Shown: one piece after another, positions 10,421-19,845 of the stretch
How the letters are laid out: each line of letters opens with the position of its first letter
Numbering within the stretch: the first letter of the stretch is position 1
DNA from: Candidatus Cloacimonadales bacterium
GTDB lineage: Bacteria > Cloacimonadota > Cloacimonadia > Cloacimonadales > JAIOQZ01
Direction: 5' to 3'
DNA: 64,000 nucleotides
Assembly: GCA_963674825.1 (NCBI GenBank)
Contig: OY771587.1
Coordinates: 1,600,001-1,664,000 of the forward strand
Position numbers and translations under genes: made by a program
Notes under the pieces: model-generated
Seen by the model: only the letters and a program-made list of their open reading frames with translations
Told to the model about the DNA's origin: nothing
Database searches by the model: none

Positions 10421-11152
10421 ATGCCTCTTCTGCTGAATTTTTATTTTATTGTTGTACTCGCTCTCGTAAGCGCCGTGTTCGAGGTTTTATATCACCTGGC
10501 GGCGCCCATCATGATGCTTGTGAAAGGCTATCGGCGAGATGACATTTATCGCATCAAGAACGCCGTTTACGGAAAAATGATGGTACGGGCAAGCTGGCCC
10601 ATTCTGCGTGTCAAGATGAAAGGCGCACACCGGGTTCCGAAGAACCGTTCCTGCGTTTTTGTCTATAACCACCCCAGCATGATCGATGTTTTCTTCGCAG
10701 CGTTGGTCCCGCACAACAACCTGTTGGTGTTCGTGCGATCCTGGCCATTCAAGCTGAAGCTCTTCGGCTGGTCTATGAAGCTTGCGGACTACATCAACAG
10801 TGAAGCCACCACACACGATGAGCTTGTTGAGCGCGGCGTTAAACTGGCGGAGCGCAATGTTTCGTTCGTGGTATTTCCCGAAGGTCACCGTTCACGCGAT
10901 GGCAAGCTGCACCGATTCTATTCCGGCGCGTTCTATCTCTCCATCAATACCGGCTCACCGGTAATACCGGTTGTGATGTCCGGAGTCGAAAACTTTTTCA
11001 GCACGAAGTTCCCCTTCGTGCGACCGACGAATGTAACTATCGAGATGCTCGACCCTGTTTATCCCGAGAATTTTCAGGAGGGTCAACGTCACCTGGCCAT
11101 GCGTAAACACGTCGAAGGCATCTATCGAGAATATTTGGGAGAACCACTTTGA
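10421..11152 (+). CDS. lysophospholipid acyltransferase (PlsC/ApeD-like)
   Basis: NHPSMID (HxxxxD), FPEGHRS, N-terminal hydrophobic helix. Confidence 0.85.
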   Translation: MPLLLNFYFIVVLALVSAVFEVLYHLAAPIMMLVKGYRRDDIYRIKNAVYGKMMVRASWPILRVKMKGAHRVPKNRSCVFVYNHPSMIDVFFAALVPHNNLLVFVRSWPFKLKLFGWSMKLADYINSEATTHDELVERGVKLAERNVSFVVFPEGHRSRDGKLHRFYSGAFYLSINTGSPVIPVVMSGVENFFSTKFPFVRPTNVTIEMLDPVYPENFQEGQRHLAMRKHVEGIYREYLGEPL

Positions 11153-12465
11153 ACCTGATCGCCGATTTCCCCGCTGGCAAGTACCGCGACATTCAATATT
11201 TGAGCCGCGATCAGCAAGACGCCATTACGCTGGAACTGCTTCGAGAGCACATCGCATATGCGGCAAAGAACAGTCCTTTTTACCAGCGGCTTGGCATCGA
11301 CAGCAATAATATCAGGGATTTCAGCGATATGCAGCTGATTCCCACCACTGAAAAACGCCACCTGACCGAGCAGAATCTCGATTTTCTGGCTGTTCCACGT
11401 GAAACCGTGACCGATGTCTGCATGACATCCGCCACCGTCGGCTCGCAACCGACCATGATCCTGCAAACCCCTTCCGATCTCGCGCGCCTCGCGCACAACG
11501 AGGAGATCGCGTTCGGCATCTCCGGCCTCGGAAGTAATGACATCCTGGCTATCGGCGCAGCCATCGACCGCTGTTTCATGGCAGGCCTGGCATACTATCT
11601 GGGCGCACAGCGTATGGGCGCGACCGCTGTCCGCATCGGAGCTGGAAGCGCGGCGCAGCATTGGGAGCTGATCAAGACAACGGATGCAACAGCCATCGTA
11701 GGCGTACCATCCATGATGCTCAAGATCGCTCAGTACGCGCAGGAAGCAGGAGATGACCCAGCTTCGAGCACCGTCAGGAAGCTGCTCGCCATCGGCGAAC
11801 CGACGCGCGACGCCGGGCTGGAATTACTGCCTCTCGGCAAGCTGCTGGAAGAGACATGGCAAGCACCGCTCTATTCCACCTACGCTTCCACCGAAATGGC
11901 TACCTCATTCAACGAATGCGACGCCCGATGCGGAGGCCACCTTCGTCCCGAACTGGCCTACATGGAGATCCTCGACGATGATGGGAAACCAGTTCCACAA
12001 GGCGAGACAGGCGAAGTGACCCTTACACCGCTTGGTGTAAAAGGAATGCCGCTGATCAGGTTCCGCACCGGCGATATAGCCTACATGATCGACGAACCAT
12101 GCTCTTGCGGCAGAACTTCTCGGCGCATATCCCCGGTAGTGGGACGCAAGAACCAGATGCTGAAATACAAGGGAACGCTGATGTTCCCCAACGCCGTGAT
12201 GTCCGCTGTGGAAGGCCTGGATGGATTTCTGGAAGGCTATGTTACGGCGAAGTGCGATTCGCATGGAAACGACCTGGTGACGCTTTGCGCGGCGATTGAT
12301 CCCGCAAGGCTCTCGCTCGAAACCATGCGCCAGAGGCTACAGTCAAAGATCCGTGTGGTACCGCAGATCGAGCTGATGACCGAAGATGCTATTAGAGAAA
12401 AAGTATATCTGCCCGGAAAACGTAAACGGGTAATCTTTCACGATTACAGGAGTAACAATGAATGA
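11149..12465 (+). CDS. phenylacetate-CoA ligase (PaaK)-family adenylating enzyme, probable aryl starter loader
   Basis: MTSATVG P-loop, IGEP, YASTE, PLIRFRTGD, VGR. Confidence 0.85.
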   Translation: MNLIADFPAGKYRDIQYLSRDQQDAITLELLREHIAYAAKNSPFYQRLGIDSNNIRDFSDMQLIPTTEKRHLTEQNLDFLAVPRETVTDVCMTSATVGSQPTMILQTPSDLARLAHNEEIAFGISGLGSNDILAIGAAIDRCFMAGLAYYLGAQRMGATAVRIGAGSAAQHWELIKTTDATAIVGVPSMMLKIAQYAQEAGDDPASSTVRKLLAIGEPTRDAGLELLPLGKLLEETWQAPLYSTYASTEMATSFNECDARCGGHLRPELAYMEILDDDGKPVPQGETGEVTLTPLGVKGMPLIRFRTGDIAYMIDEPCSCGRTSRRISPVVGRKNQMLKYKGTLMFPNAVMSAVEGLDGFLEGYVTAKCDSHGNDLVTLCAAIDPARLSLETMRQRLQSKIRVVPQIELMTEDAIREKVYLPGKRKRVIFHDYRSNNE

Positions 12466-14041
12466 CACGATCGTATTAACTGGCTACGATTTATCTATAG
12501 ACGAGATCGTCGCGATCGGACGCGGCGAAAAGAAAGTGAGCATGGAACCGCGCGCCTTGCAGCGTTGCGAAGCCTCGAGGAAGTTCCTGGAAGAAGAGAT
12601 TTCCAAGCAACGCGTCATCTACGGCGTAAACACCTCGTTCGGCCCCATGTGCAACAAAATCATCGACCACAACCACATCGAAACCCTGCAAGCCAACCTT
12701 ATCCGCAGCCATGCGGCCGGACTGGGCGAACCGCTCAATCCGGATGTCGCACGGGCCGTCTTCGCAGTGCGTTTGAACACATTGGTCAAAGGCTACGCAG
12801 GTGTCCGCATCGAACTGCTGGAACTGCTGGAAGGCATGATCAACGCCGGCATCGCACCATGGATTCCCGAGTGTGGAAGCGTAGGAGCATCGGGCGATCT
12901 GGTCCATCTGGCGCACATGGCGCTTTCGATCATCGGTGAAGGAAACGTGTGGTTTGATGACAGGGTAATCCCAGCGGAGTTGGCGCTGAAACAGTGCGAT
13001 CTGGAACCGCTGAACCTCAGCTATAAGGAAGGCCTTGCGCTGATCAACGGAACCGCCGCCATGACCGCCATCGCCGCTTTCGCTATCCACGACGCCAGAA
13101 AATCGATCGATATCGCCTGCCTGAACGCGGCATTCGCAATCGAGATTTTCGGCGGGATCGACGACGCATTCGACCGGCATCTGCATGCGGTCAAGCCGCA
13201 TCCGGGGCAAGTCTGGATCGCGGATCGTATTCGCGGACTCTACAAGGGCTCGGAAAACATCACCCTGCGCGAAAACATGCACGAGATTATCCGCAGCAAG
13301 CAGAAGGGCGACGAGCAAGTATTCGAGACCGATATCAACGTGCAGGATGTCTATTCAATTCGCTGCACGCCGCAGATACTGGCACCGGTGCAGGAAGCGA
13401 TCGAATTCACATCCGAAACCGTGATGCGTGAGGCAAACTCGTCCAACGACAACCCGATTATTATCCCCGAGAAACGAAAGATCATCCACGGCGGTAACTT
13501 CCATGGACAGAGCATCAGCTTCGCCATGGATATGCTCGCAATTGCTGTCTCAACCATGTGCAACCTCTCCGAACGCCGGCTGAACAAGCTGCTCGATCGC
13601 AACCTCAACGAAGGTCTGCCAGAGCATCTCATTCCGGGTACGGTGGGCCTTACGATGGGGTTCATGGGTGCACAGTACCTCTCCACTTCCACAACGGCGG
13701 AGAACCGCCAGATGGCAGCACCGGTCAGCACCAATACAATCTCCTGTAATGCCTCCAACCAGGACGTCGTCAGCATGGGGACCGTCTCGGCACGCAGAAC
13801 CTACCGCATGCTCAAGAATGCCTCCTATGTCTTGACGATGGAAACGCTGGCAGATATGCAAGCGCTTTCGTTCCGCAACGCCGATAAGCTCGGCGGGAAA
13901 ACCGGCAGGATTTACGGTGAACTTCAGAAACACTTCCGGGTTTACGATAACACACGCATTTTCCATGAAGATCTGGCAGCCTTCAAGCACCTGATATTCA
14001 AAGAAATCGACTTGAGTGGCATGCTGGAAGCAAAAGAATGA
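12458..14041 (+). CDS. MIO aromatic amino acid ammonia-lyase, probably tyrosine ammonia-lyase type
   Basis: YGVNTSFGPM, GSVGASGDL (ASG = MIO), YSIRCTPQ, HGGNFHG, NQDVVSMG (PAL/TAL-type NQD rather than HAL QED). Confidence 0.85.
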   Translation: MNDTIVLTGYDLSIDEIVAIGRGEKKVSMEPRALQRCEASRKFLEEEISKQRVIYGVNTSFGPMCNKIIDHNHIETLQANLIRSHAAGLGEPLNPDVARAVFAVRLNTLVKGYAGVRIELLELLEGMINAGIAPWIPECGSVGASGDLVHLAHMALSIIGEGNVWFDDRVIPAELALKQCDLEPLNLSYKEGLALINGTAAMTAIAAFAIHDARKSIDIACLNAAFAIEIFGGIDDAFDRHLHAVKPHPGQVWIADRIRGLYKGSENITLRENMHEIIRSKQKGDEQVFETDINVQDVYSIRCTPQILAPVQEAIEFTSETVMREANSSNDNPIIIPEKRKIIHGGNFHGQSISFAMDMLAIAVSTMCNLSERRLNKLLDRNLNEGLPEHLIPGTVGLTMGFMGAQYLSTSTTAENRQMAAPVSTNTISCNASNQDVVSMGTVSARRTYRMLKNASYVLTMETLADMQALSFRNADKLGGKTGRIYGELQKHFRVYDNTRIFHEDLAAFKHLIFKEIDLSGMLEAKE

Positions 14042-14048
14042 GGAGACA

Positions 14049-14912
14049 ATGATACCGATTGAGTTTCCAGTTGATGCACTGAAATTGATACCACAGCGCG
14101 GAAAGATGAAATTGATCGATGAACTACTGCGCGTTTCGGAAGAAGAAGCCTGCACGTGCTCTGACATGACCGATAAAACGATGTTTCTGACCCCCTCCGG
14201 GCATATTCTCCCGGCAGCGCTCGTTGAGCTGTCAGCACAATCAACCGCGTGCTATTCGGGATATATATCGATCCTGGAGGATGCCTCCGGTCAGCACTCT
14301 GGCTTGCTGGTGGGTATTCAGAATTTCGTCATCGAGGAAATCCCCGTGGCAAGTGAAGAGTTGTCAGTAGAGATCCATCAGGAAAGTGCTATCGGGCCAT
14401 TCAGTGTCCATGGGATATCCGTATTTTCGAATCAGACACAGATAGCCAGCGGTGCACTCAAGACTTGGGAAGTCACCGAATCGATGGAGAAAATCGATAT
14501 CGAGATGCAAGCAGTCGGCAATCCGGTTCTGGAAGCTCATTCCAGCGATCTTGCGCCTATCGAGCACGACATTCTGAGAAGTGTTGTATCCATCGGCAAG
14601 CAGGATGACCACATCCGCGCACGCCTTTGCTATCGGCTTGATTTCATGGGATTCGACGGACATTTTCCCGAGTTTCCAGTACTACCCGGCATTCTCATTC
14701 TGCAAACCGCTGAGACAATTTGCTCGCAACAATTGAACTACCTCTACCGCATCAAGTCGATTGGAAACGCCAAGTTCGCTAAATTGATATTGCCAGGTGA
14801 GGAGATCGATTACGACATCGTATTGAAGCGCGGAGAAGAGGATATCACTGCCCTCGTGCGTGTTTACGGCGGCAACGAATTGAAGGCCAGATTTTCCCTG
14901 ACGCTGGCGTAA
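14049..14912 (+). CDS. double hot-dog 3-hydroxyacyl-ACP dehydratase (ApeP-like plus FabZ/ApeI-like fusion)
   Basis: N-half LIPQRGKMKLID...VELSAQ; C-half FDGHFPEFPVLPG and AKFAKLILPG. AGGAG SD before ATG 14049. Confidence 0.8.
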   Translation: MIPIEFPVDALKLIPQRGKMKLIDELLRVSEEEACTCSDMTDKTMFLTPSGHILPAALVELSAQSTACYSGYISILEDASGQHSGLLVGIQNFVIEEIPVASEELSVEIHQESAIGPFSVHGISVFSNQTQIASGALKTWEVTESMEKIDIEMQAVGNPVLEAHSSDLAPIEHDILRSVVSIGKQDDHIRARLCYRLDFMGFDGHFPEFPVLPGILILQTAETICSQQLNYLYRIKSIGNAKFAKLILPGEEIDYDIVLKRGEEDITALVRVYGGNELKARFSLTLA

Positions 14913-14925
14913 GAGAGTTATTTAT

Positions 14926-15399
14926 ATGAGTCGCAGAAGTAAAAAACAATATTTCCCGCAGGAACCCGGCGCCCCCGAACCCCTGATCGCCGAATGCACG
15001 CGCATCGTGCGTTTTGAGGAGGTCGATCCGTTGACAATCGTCTGGCATGGTCGCTACCCCAGCTTTCTGGAGGATGGACGAGCCGCGTTCGGCATCAAAT
15101 ACAATATGGGTTATATGGACATGTACAAGGCCGGATTCCTGGCCCCGATCGTCCAGATGCACATCGACAACCACAATCCGCTGCAGTTTGGCGAGGAATT
15201 CCTCATTCGCGCCCGGCTCCACTGGACGCAGGCAGTTCGGATGAACTTCAGCTACGAACTGCTCAAGGACGGCAATATCCCGGTCGCTACCGGGTATACG
15301 GTGCAGCTTTTCACTGATCTCAACCGAAATGTGATGCTGGTCAGGCCCGATTATATCGAGGATTTCATGCGTGACTGGCAGGAAGGACTGTTAGCGTGA
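14926..15399 (+). CDS. acyl-CoA/ACP thioesterase (4HBT/ApeK-like)
   Basis: VRFEEVDPLTIVWHGRYPSFLEDGR hot-dog motif. Confidence 0.85.
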   Translation: MSRRSKKQYFPQEPGAPEPLIAECTRIVRFEEVDPLTIVWHGRYPSFLEDGRAAFGIKYNMGYMDMYKAGFLAPIVQMHIDNHNPLQFGEEFLIRARLHWTQAVRMNFSYELLKDGNIPVATGYTVQLFTDLNRNVMLVRPDYIEDFMRDWQEGLLA

Positions 15400-17234
15400 A
15401 ATCTGTTTTTATCAGCGCAGCCAATATCGTGACCGGGCTTGGAACCGGCGTCGAAACCAATCTCGATAAGCTGCTCTTGGGTTCGATCGCGATTGAGACC
15501 ATCGAGCATTTCAACACCGACAGACTACTGTTTCACAAGGCCTCGACGGCGAAGCATATCCGCAAACGCAACCCTCGAAGTGTGATGATGGAGCTGACCA
15601 AAGAAGTAGTTTCCGGTTTACCAAAACTGCCTGAAAACACCTACCTGATCTGGGCCGGCGTAAAGAATAATATTGAGTATATCGAAGCCGGGAAAGACGA
15701 TTCGCTGCCCTACCTGCCCGAGCATTTCATCGAATTCGTGCAAAAGGAACTGGCAATCGACGGCGGAAGTCTTTGCTGTAACGCTGCCTGTGCCGCATCG
15801 ACGGTCGCGATCGCGCTTGCCGCACAGAAGGTTGCATCCGGTCAGAAGAAGAGCGTACTGGTTGTCGCAGCCGATATCGCCAGTCGATTCACCCACACCG
15901 GATTTTCAGCTCTCCGTGCGCTTTCCGGCACTGACTGCCGTCCGTTTGACGGCAACCGTGACGGGCTCTGCCTCGGCGACGGCGCTGCCGCGATCTGGAT
16001 TACCGACGGAGATGGTTTCTCCACGGAAGCAAAGCTCTCAGGTTGGGGTATCGCCAACGACGCCAATCATATCACCGGGCCGGCGCGTGACGGATGTGGA
16101 TTGATCATGTCCATCGAGCAGGCGATGAAAATCGCAGGTCTGAAATCGAATCAGATTGAAGCCTTCTGCGCTCACGGAACCGGTACCGTATATAACGACG
16201 CAATGGAACTGACCGCATTCGAAACCATCTTCGGCGAGAAGCGATTCCCGGTTTTCGGCGTCAAGGGCTCTATCGGCCACACGCTGGGAGCAGCCGGTGC
16301 GATCGAAGTCGCGCTGTGCAGCAAACTCCTCGATAAAAAGATCATCCCACCAACCAACGGCGTCACCGAACCGGAAGAACGCGCTGTGGGAAGAGTTTCC
16401 AGTCAATCGCAAGCTTTTGCCGGTAACAGCATCCTGACCACCAATTCCGGGTTTGGTGGCGTAAACGCCGCAGTTATTTTGGAGCCGGTTTTGGATCGCC
16501 AAGCTCCAGCTTGGCATCTCCCTGAAATGGATGCTCGTTCGGAGACCGAGCGCAACAAAAATCATGATCAGGTGAACCTGAAGATTCTCGGCGGAAGCTG
16601 GATCAACGCATCGGGATTCGCGCAGTTGAACCAAGCCACATCCTTCGAGTACCAACCGGGTGAACCCGTTCTACCGCCGGCACGAGGACTCTTCAATCCT
16701 CCGCTTACACGCTACGGCAGATTCGATCGTTATACCAAGACCGGTATCGCGGCCATGGCGCTTGCTTTGAAAGACGCCGGACTGGAAACGTACGAAGACA
16801 AGCGCAACATCGGCGTGGTTCTTTCTACTAAATGGGAGAGCTTCGAAACCGATCTGACATATTATGAAACGACGCTCGCGGACGGCGGCATCGCATCAAG
16901 TCCGAACCTCTTTTCCTACACACTTCCCAACGTGGTTATCGGCGAATGTGCCGCCTACTACAAGCTAATGGGCCCCACTTTCACTGTGGGAAGCTGCTTT
17001 TTGCCTGCGCTAGACGCGATGATAGCCGGGCTGACCGACACGATGGTCATCGGATGGCTGGACAGCGACCCAATGGGTGACCATAACGGCGCGCTGTTTG
17101 TTTTGGTGAAGCGTGCAAACGAACACGAGAAATACGATTATCAATACATTGACGGGACGCTGACCGATCCAAACGGCAAGCCAATCAACAGCTTGCAGGA
17201 TCTGGTTCGCAACCACATCAACCAAAAGGGCTAA
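15396..17234 (+). CDS. ketosynthase fused to a chain-length-factor-like domain
   Basis: N-terminal KS with AACAAS, AHGTGT, GHTLGAAG and SGFGGVN; C-terminal inactive KS-like domain with RFDRYTK and SPNLFSYTLPN. Confidence 0.8.
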   Translation: MKSVFISAANIVTGLGTGVETNLDKLLLGSIAIETIEHFNTDRLLFHKASTAKHIRKRNPRSVMMELTKEVVSGLPKLPENTYLIWAGVKNNIEYIEAGKDDSLPYLPEHFIEFVQKELAIDGGSLCCNAACAASTVAIALAAQKVASGQKKSVLVVAADIASRFTHTGFSALRALSGTDCRPFDGNRDGLCLGDGAAAIWITDGDGFSTEAKLSGWGIANDANHITGPARDGCGLIMSIEQAMKIAGLKSNQIEAFCAHGTGTVYNDAMELTAFETIFGEKRFPVFGVKGSIGHTLGAAGAIEVALCSKLLDKKIIPPTNGVTEPEERAVGRVSSQSQAFAGNSILTTNSGFGGVNAAVILEPVLDRQAPAWHLPEMDARSETERNKNHDQVNLKILGGSWINASGFAQLNQATSFEYQPGEPVLPPARGLFNPPLTRYGRFDRYTKTGIAAMALALKDAGLETYEDKRNIGVVLSTKWESFETDLTYYETTLADGGIASSPNLFSYTLPNVVIGECAAYYKLMGPTFTVGSCFLPALDAMIAGLTDTMVIGWLDSDPMGDHNGALFVLVKRANEHEKYDYQYIDGTLTDPNGKPINSLQDLVRNHINQKG

Positions 17235-17238
17235 TACT

Positions 17239-18501
17239 ATGAAATTCAAACTTATATATCCGAAATGGCGTAAACTCGAGATGCAGACACCATTCTTTCT
17301 TCCGCCGCACGGCCCGGTCGTAATGGCTGCCGAAGTGCCGGAAGATGTCGAAATCGAATTCACTGACGACAACGTGCAGGACTTGGTTCTGGATGACTCA
17401 CCCGATCTGGTGGGACTTTCTGTCATGCTCACAGCGCAGCTTCCCAGAGCGTTCGAGATCGCAAAACACTACCGCGACCGCGGTATCCCCGTCATGGCGG
17501 GTGGTATCTCGGCGAATCTCCATTCGGAAGAGCTCAGAAAGCATGTCGATTCCATCTTCCTGGGGGAAGTAGAAGGCAGACTTGGCAAGGTCTTCGACGA
17601 TCTCAAGAACGGGCAATTGAAACCAGTGTACGACTACCATCTCGATTTTCCGCCCATCGAGTCCATTGGAACCGCTCGGCGCGAGATCCTGGACCACAGC
17701 AAGTACGTCTATCGCGGCACCAAAATGCTCGATCTGATTCACGCCTCGCGCGGCTGCCGGTTCAATTGCTTCCCGTGCTGCACGCCGTATCTGGGTGGTC
17801 GGCAATTCCGCCCGAGACCGATTGAAAACGTCATCGAGGAGATGAAAGCGATCGACAATAACCGCCTATTCATCGTGGATAACTCACTGGCGCAGGACTC
17901 TAACTGGGAAAAAGAGCTCTTCAAAGCGATGATTCCCATCAAGAAGAAATTCGTAAGCCATCCCATCGAACGCAACGACGAGATCCTCGAGCTCGCATAT
18001 CAGGCTGGTGCATGGTACGTCTATCAGGCGGTGTTCGATACTTCCGATTTCATCCGCGAAACCATCCGCATGTACAAGGATCATGGCATCGGCATCGAGG
18101 GAACCATCATTCTCGGTACCGACGATCAGGATGTGGACACCATCAAGCGGCTCGTCGATTTCCTGCTCGAAGTGGAGATGGACACTGCTGAATTCACAAT
18201 ACTCACACCGTTCATGCACACTCCGATCCGTACGCAGCTCGAAAAAGAAGGCCGACTGCTCTCCAATGGATGGGAAGATTATACTTGCGATCGCGTCGTT
18301 TTCAAACCCAAGAAAATGACGACAACCCAGCTTCAGGATATGTATTATTACGCGTGGGAAACCTTCTATCAGGATGAATCGCAGGAATTGAAGATGGGCA
18401 AGCTCTTCCACAAGCTGGTGCAACGTGAAATTGCAGACGGCACCTATGCGCGTCCAAGCCTTTCCGGCAGTCGCAGACGTGGAGCAAACCAAACGACATG
18501 A
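17239..18501 (+). CDS. cobalamin-binding radical SAM protein 1
   Basis: N-terminal B12-binding Rossmann domain (PPHG, DLVGLS, MAGG, GEVE); RGCRFNCFPC CxxxCxxC. Confidence 0.85.
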   Translation: MKFKLIYPKWRKLEMQTPFFLPPHGPVVMAAEVPEDVEIEFTDDNVQDLVLDDSPDLVGLSVMLTAQLPRAFEIAKHYRDRGIPVMAGGISANLHSEELRKHVDSIFLGEVEGRLGKVFDDLKNGQLKPVYDYHLDFPPIESIGTARREILDHSKYVYRGTKMLDLIHASRGCRFNCFPCCTPYLGGRQFRPRPIENVIEEMKAIDNNRLFIVDNSLAQDSNWEKELFKAMIPIKKKFVSHPIERNDEILELAYQAGAWYVYQAVFDTSDFIRETIRMYKDHGIGIEGTIILGTDDQDVDTIKRLVDFLLEVEMDTAEFTILTPFMHTPIRTQLEKEGRLLSNGWEDYTCDRVVFKPKKMTTTQLQDMYYYAWETFYQDESQELKMGKLFHKLVQREIADGTYARPSLSGSRRRGANQTT

Positions 18502-19844
18502 TACTGCTGATTTCCTGCAACACAACCACCGAACCCTATCCGGTCTATCCGCTGGGTATGGCGATGATCGCACATGCCGCTGAGGATGCCGGATTTGACG
18601 TAATCCAGCGCGATATCCTGGTCGCAGAAGACTGGCAAGCGGAAATCCGCGAGCTGATCGAACAGAACGATCTGCTCCTGATCGGGCTTTCCATACGCAA
18701 TGTTGACGACGTCAACTACTGCAAGGGCGATGTATATTTCGACCACTATCGCCAGATCGTGCAATTCATCCGGCAGTACACCGACAAACCCATCGTACTC
18801 GGTGGTTCGGGCTACTCGATCTTCCCAAATGAGATGCTCGAAATGAGCGGTGCCGACTACGGTATCGTGGGTGAAGGCGAAAAGGTATTCGTCGAGCTGG
18901 CAAAGGCGATCAGCAGCGGCAATCCGCCATCTGAGACCATCCTGCGCGGTTCGAGCTACATCCAGCCAGACGAACTGATCCCCACCCGTCGAGATCCGAA
19001 GCTTGCCGAGTTTTATCTCATGCGTGGTGGTATGCTGAATGTGCAGAGCAAGCGCGGGTGTCCACATCGCTGCATCTATTGCTCCTATCCCGTGCTGGAA
19101 GGCGTTCAATATCGGTTTCGCTCGGCAAAGGACGTCGTGGACGAGATCGAGCAACTGAAAACCGATTACAATGCCGACTATCTTTCTTTCACCGACTCGG
19201 TATTCAATGACGCGCGCGGTAACTATCTCTCCATCGCGGAGGAACTTGTGCGTCGCCAGAATAAGACGCCGTGGATGGCTTTTTTCCGTCCTGCCGATTT
19301 CACGCCAGACGAAGTCGATCTGCTGAAACGATCTGGTTTGCATGCTGTGGAATGGGGAACAGACGCTTCCTCCGACGCAACACTGGACGGACTGAAGAAG
19401 GACTTTACCTGGGCTCAGGTACAGCATTCCAACCGGTTGTTCGCGGAATCCGGCATTCAGAACGCACATTTCGTGATGTTCGCCGGACCGAACGAGACAC
19501 CGGAGACAGTCGAAGAGGGAATCCGCAATATCGAAGCGCTAACCGATTGCGTGGTCTTCGCCGGTATCGGGTTGCGCGTGTTCCCGGATACGCCTATCTG
19601 GAAGACACTGACAGAGCAAGGCATAATCTCAGCGCAACAGAACATCCTCGATCCCTACTGGTACTTTTCGCCGCACATCGATCGCGAATGGCTCCACCAA
19701 AGACTGCTGGAAGCGTTCAAAGACCGAAAGGATCGCATCTATCCCGACGGCGAACAGCTCGATATGATCAAGGCATTCCACAACATGGGCTATCGCGGCC
19801 CCATCTGGAACTTGATCCTCTCGCACAACAGAACCAGGCGGTAA
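18498..19844 (+). CDS. lipid-biosynthesis B12-binding radical SAM protein 2 (resembles the ladderane-cluster-associated family)
   Basis: PYPVYPLG, GLSIRNVDD, LGGSGYS, GEGE, KRGCPHRCIYC. Confidence 0.8.
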   Translation: MILLISCNTTTEPYPVYPLGMAMIAHAAEDAGFDVIQRDILVAEDWQAEIRELIEQNDLLLIGLSIRNVDDVNYCKGDVYFDHYRQIVQFIRQYTDKPIVLGGSGYSIFPNEMLEMSGADYGIVGEGEKVFVELAKAISSGNPPSETILRGSSYIQPDELIPTRRDPKLAEFYLMRGGMLNVQSKRGCPHRCIYCSYPVLEGVQYRFRSAKDVVDEIEQLKTDYNADYLSFTDSVFNDARGNYLSIAEELVRRQNKTPWMAFFRPADFTPDEVDLLKRSGLHAVEWGTDASSDATLDGLKKDFTWAQVQHSNRLFAESGIQNAHFVMFAGPNETPETVEEGIRNIEALTDCVVFAGIGLRVFPDTPIWKTLTEQGIISAQQNILDPYWYFSPHIDREWLHQRLLEAFKDRKDRIYPDGEQLDMIKAFHNMGYRGPIWNLILSHNRTRR

Positions 19845-19845
19845 C

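Noticed and set aside
12458..14041. hutH of histidine catabolism
   Set aside because: No other hut genes, NQD motif, and embedded in the lipid cluster
18444..19469. 341-aa antisense ORF and similar shadow ORFs throughout the track
   Set aside because: They lie opposite well-supported genes, have no recognisable motifs and reflect codon bias
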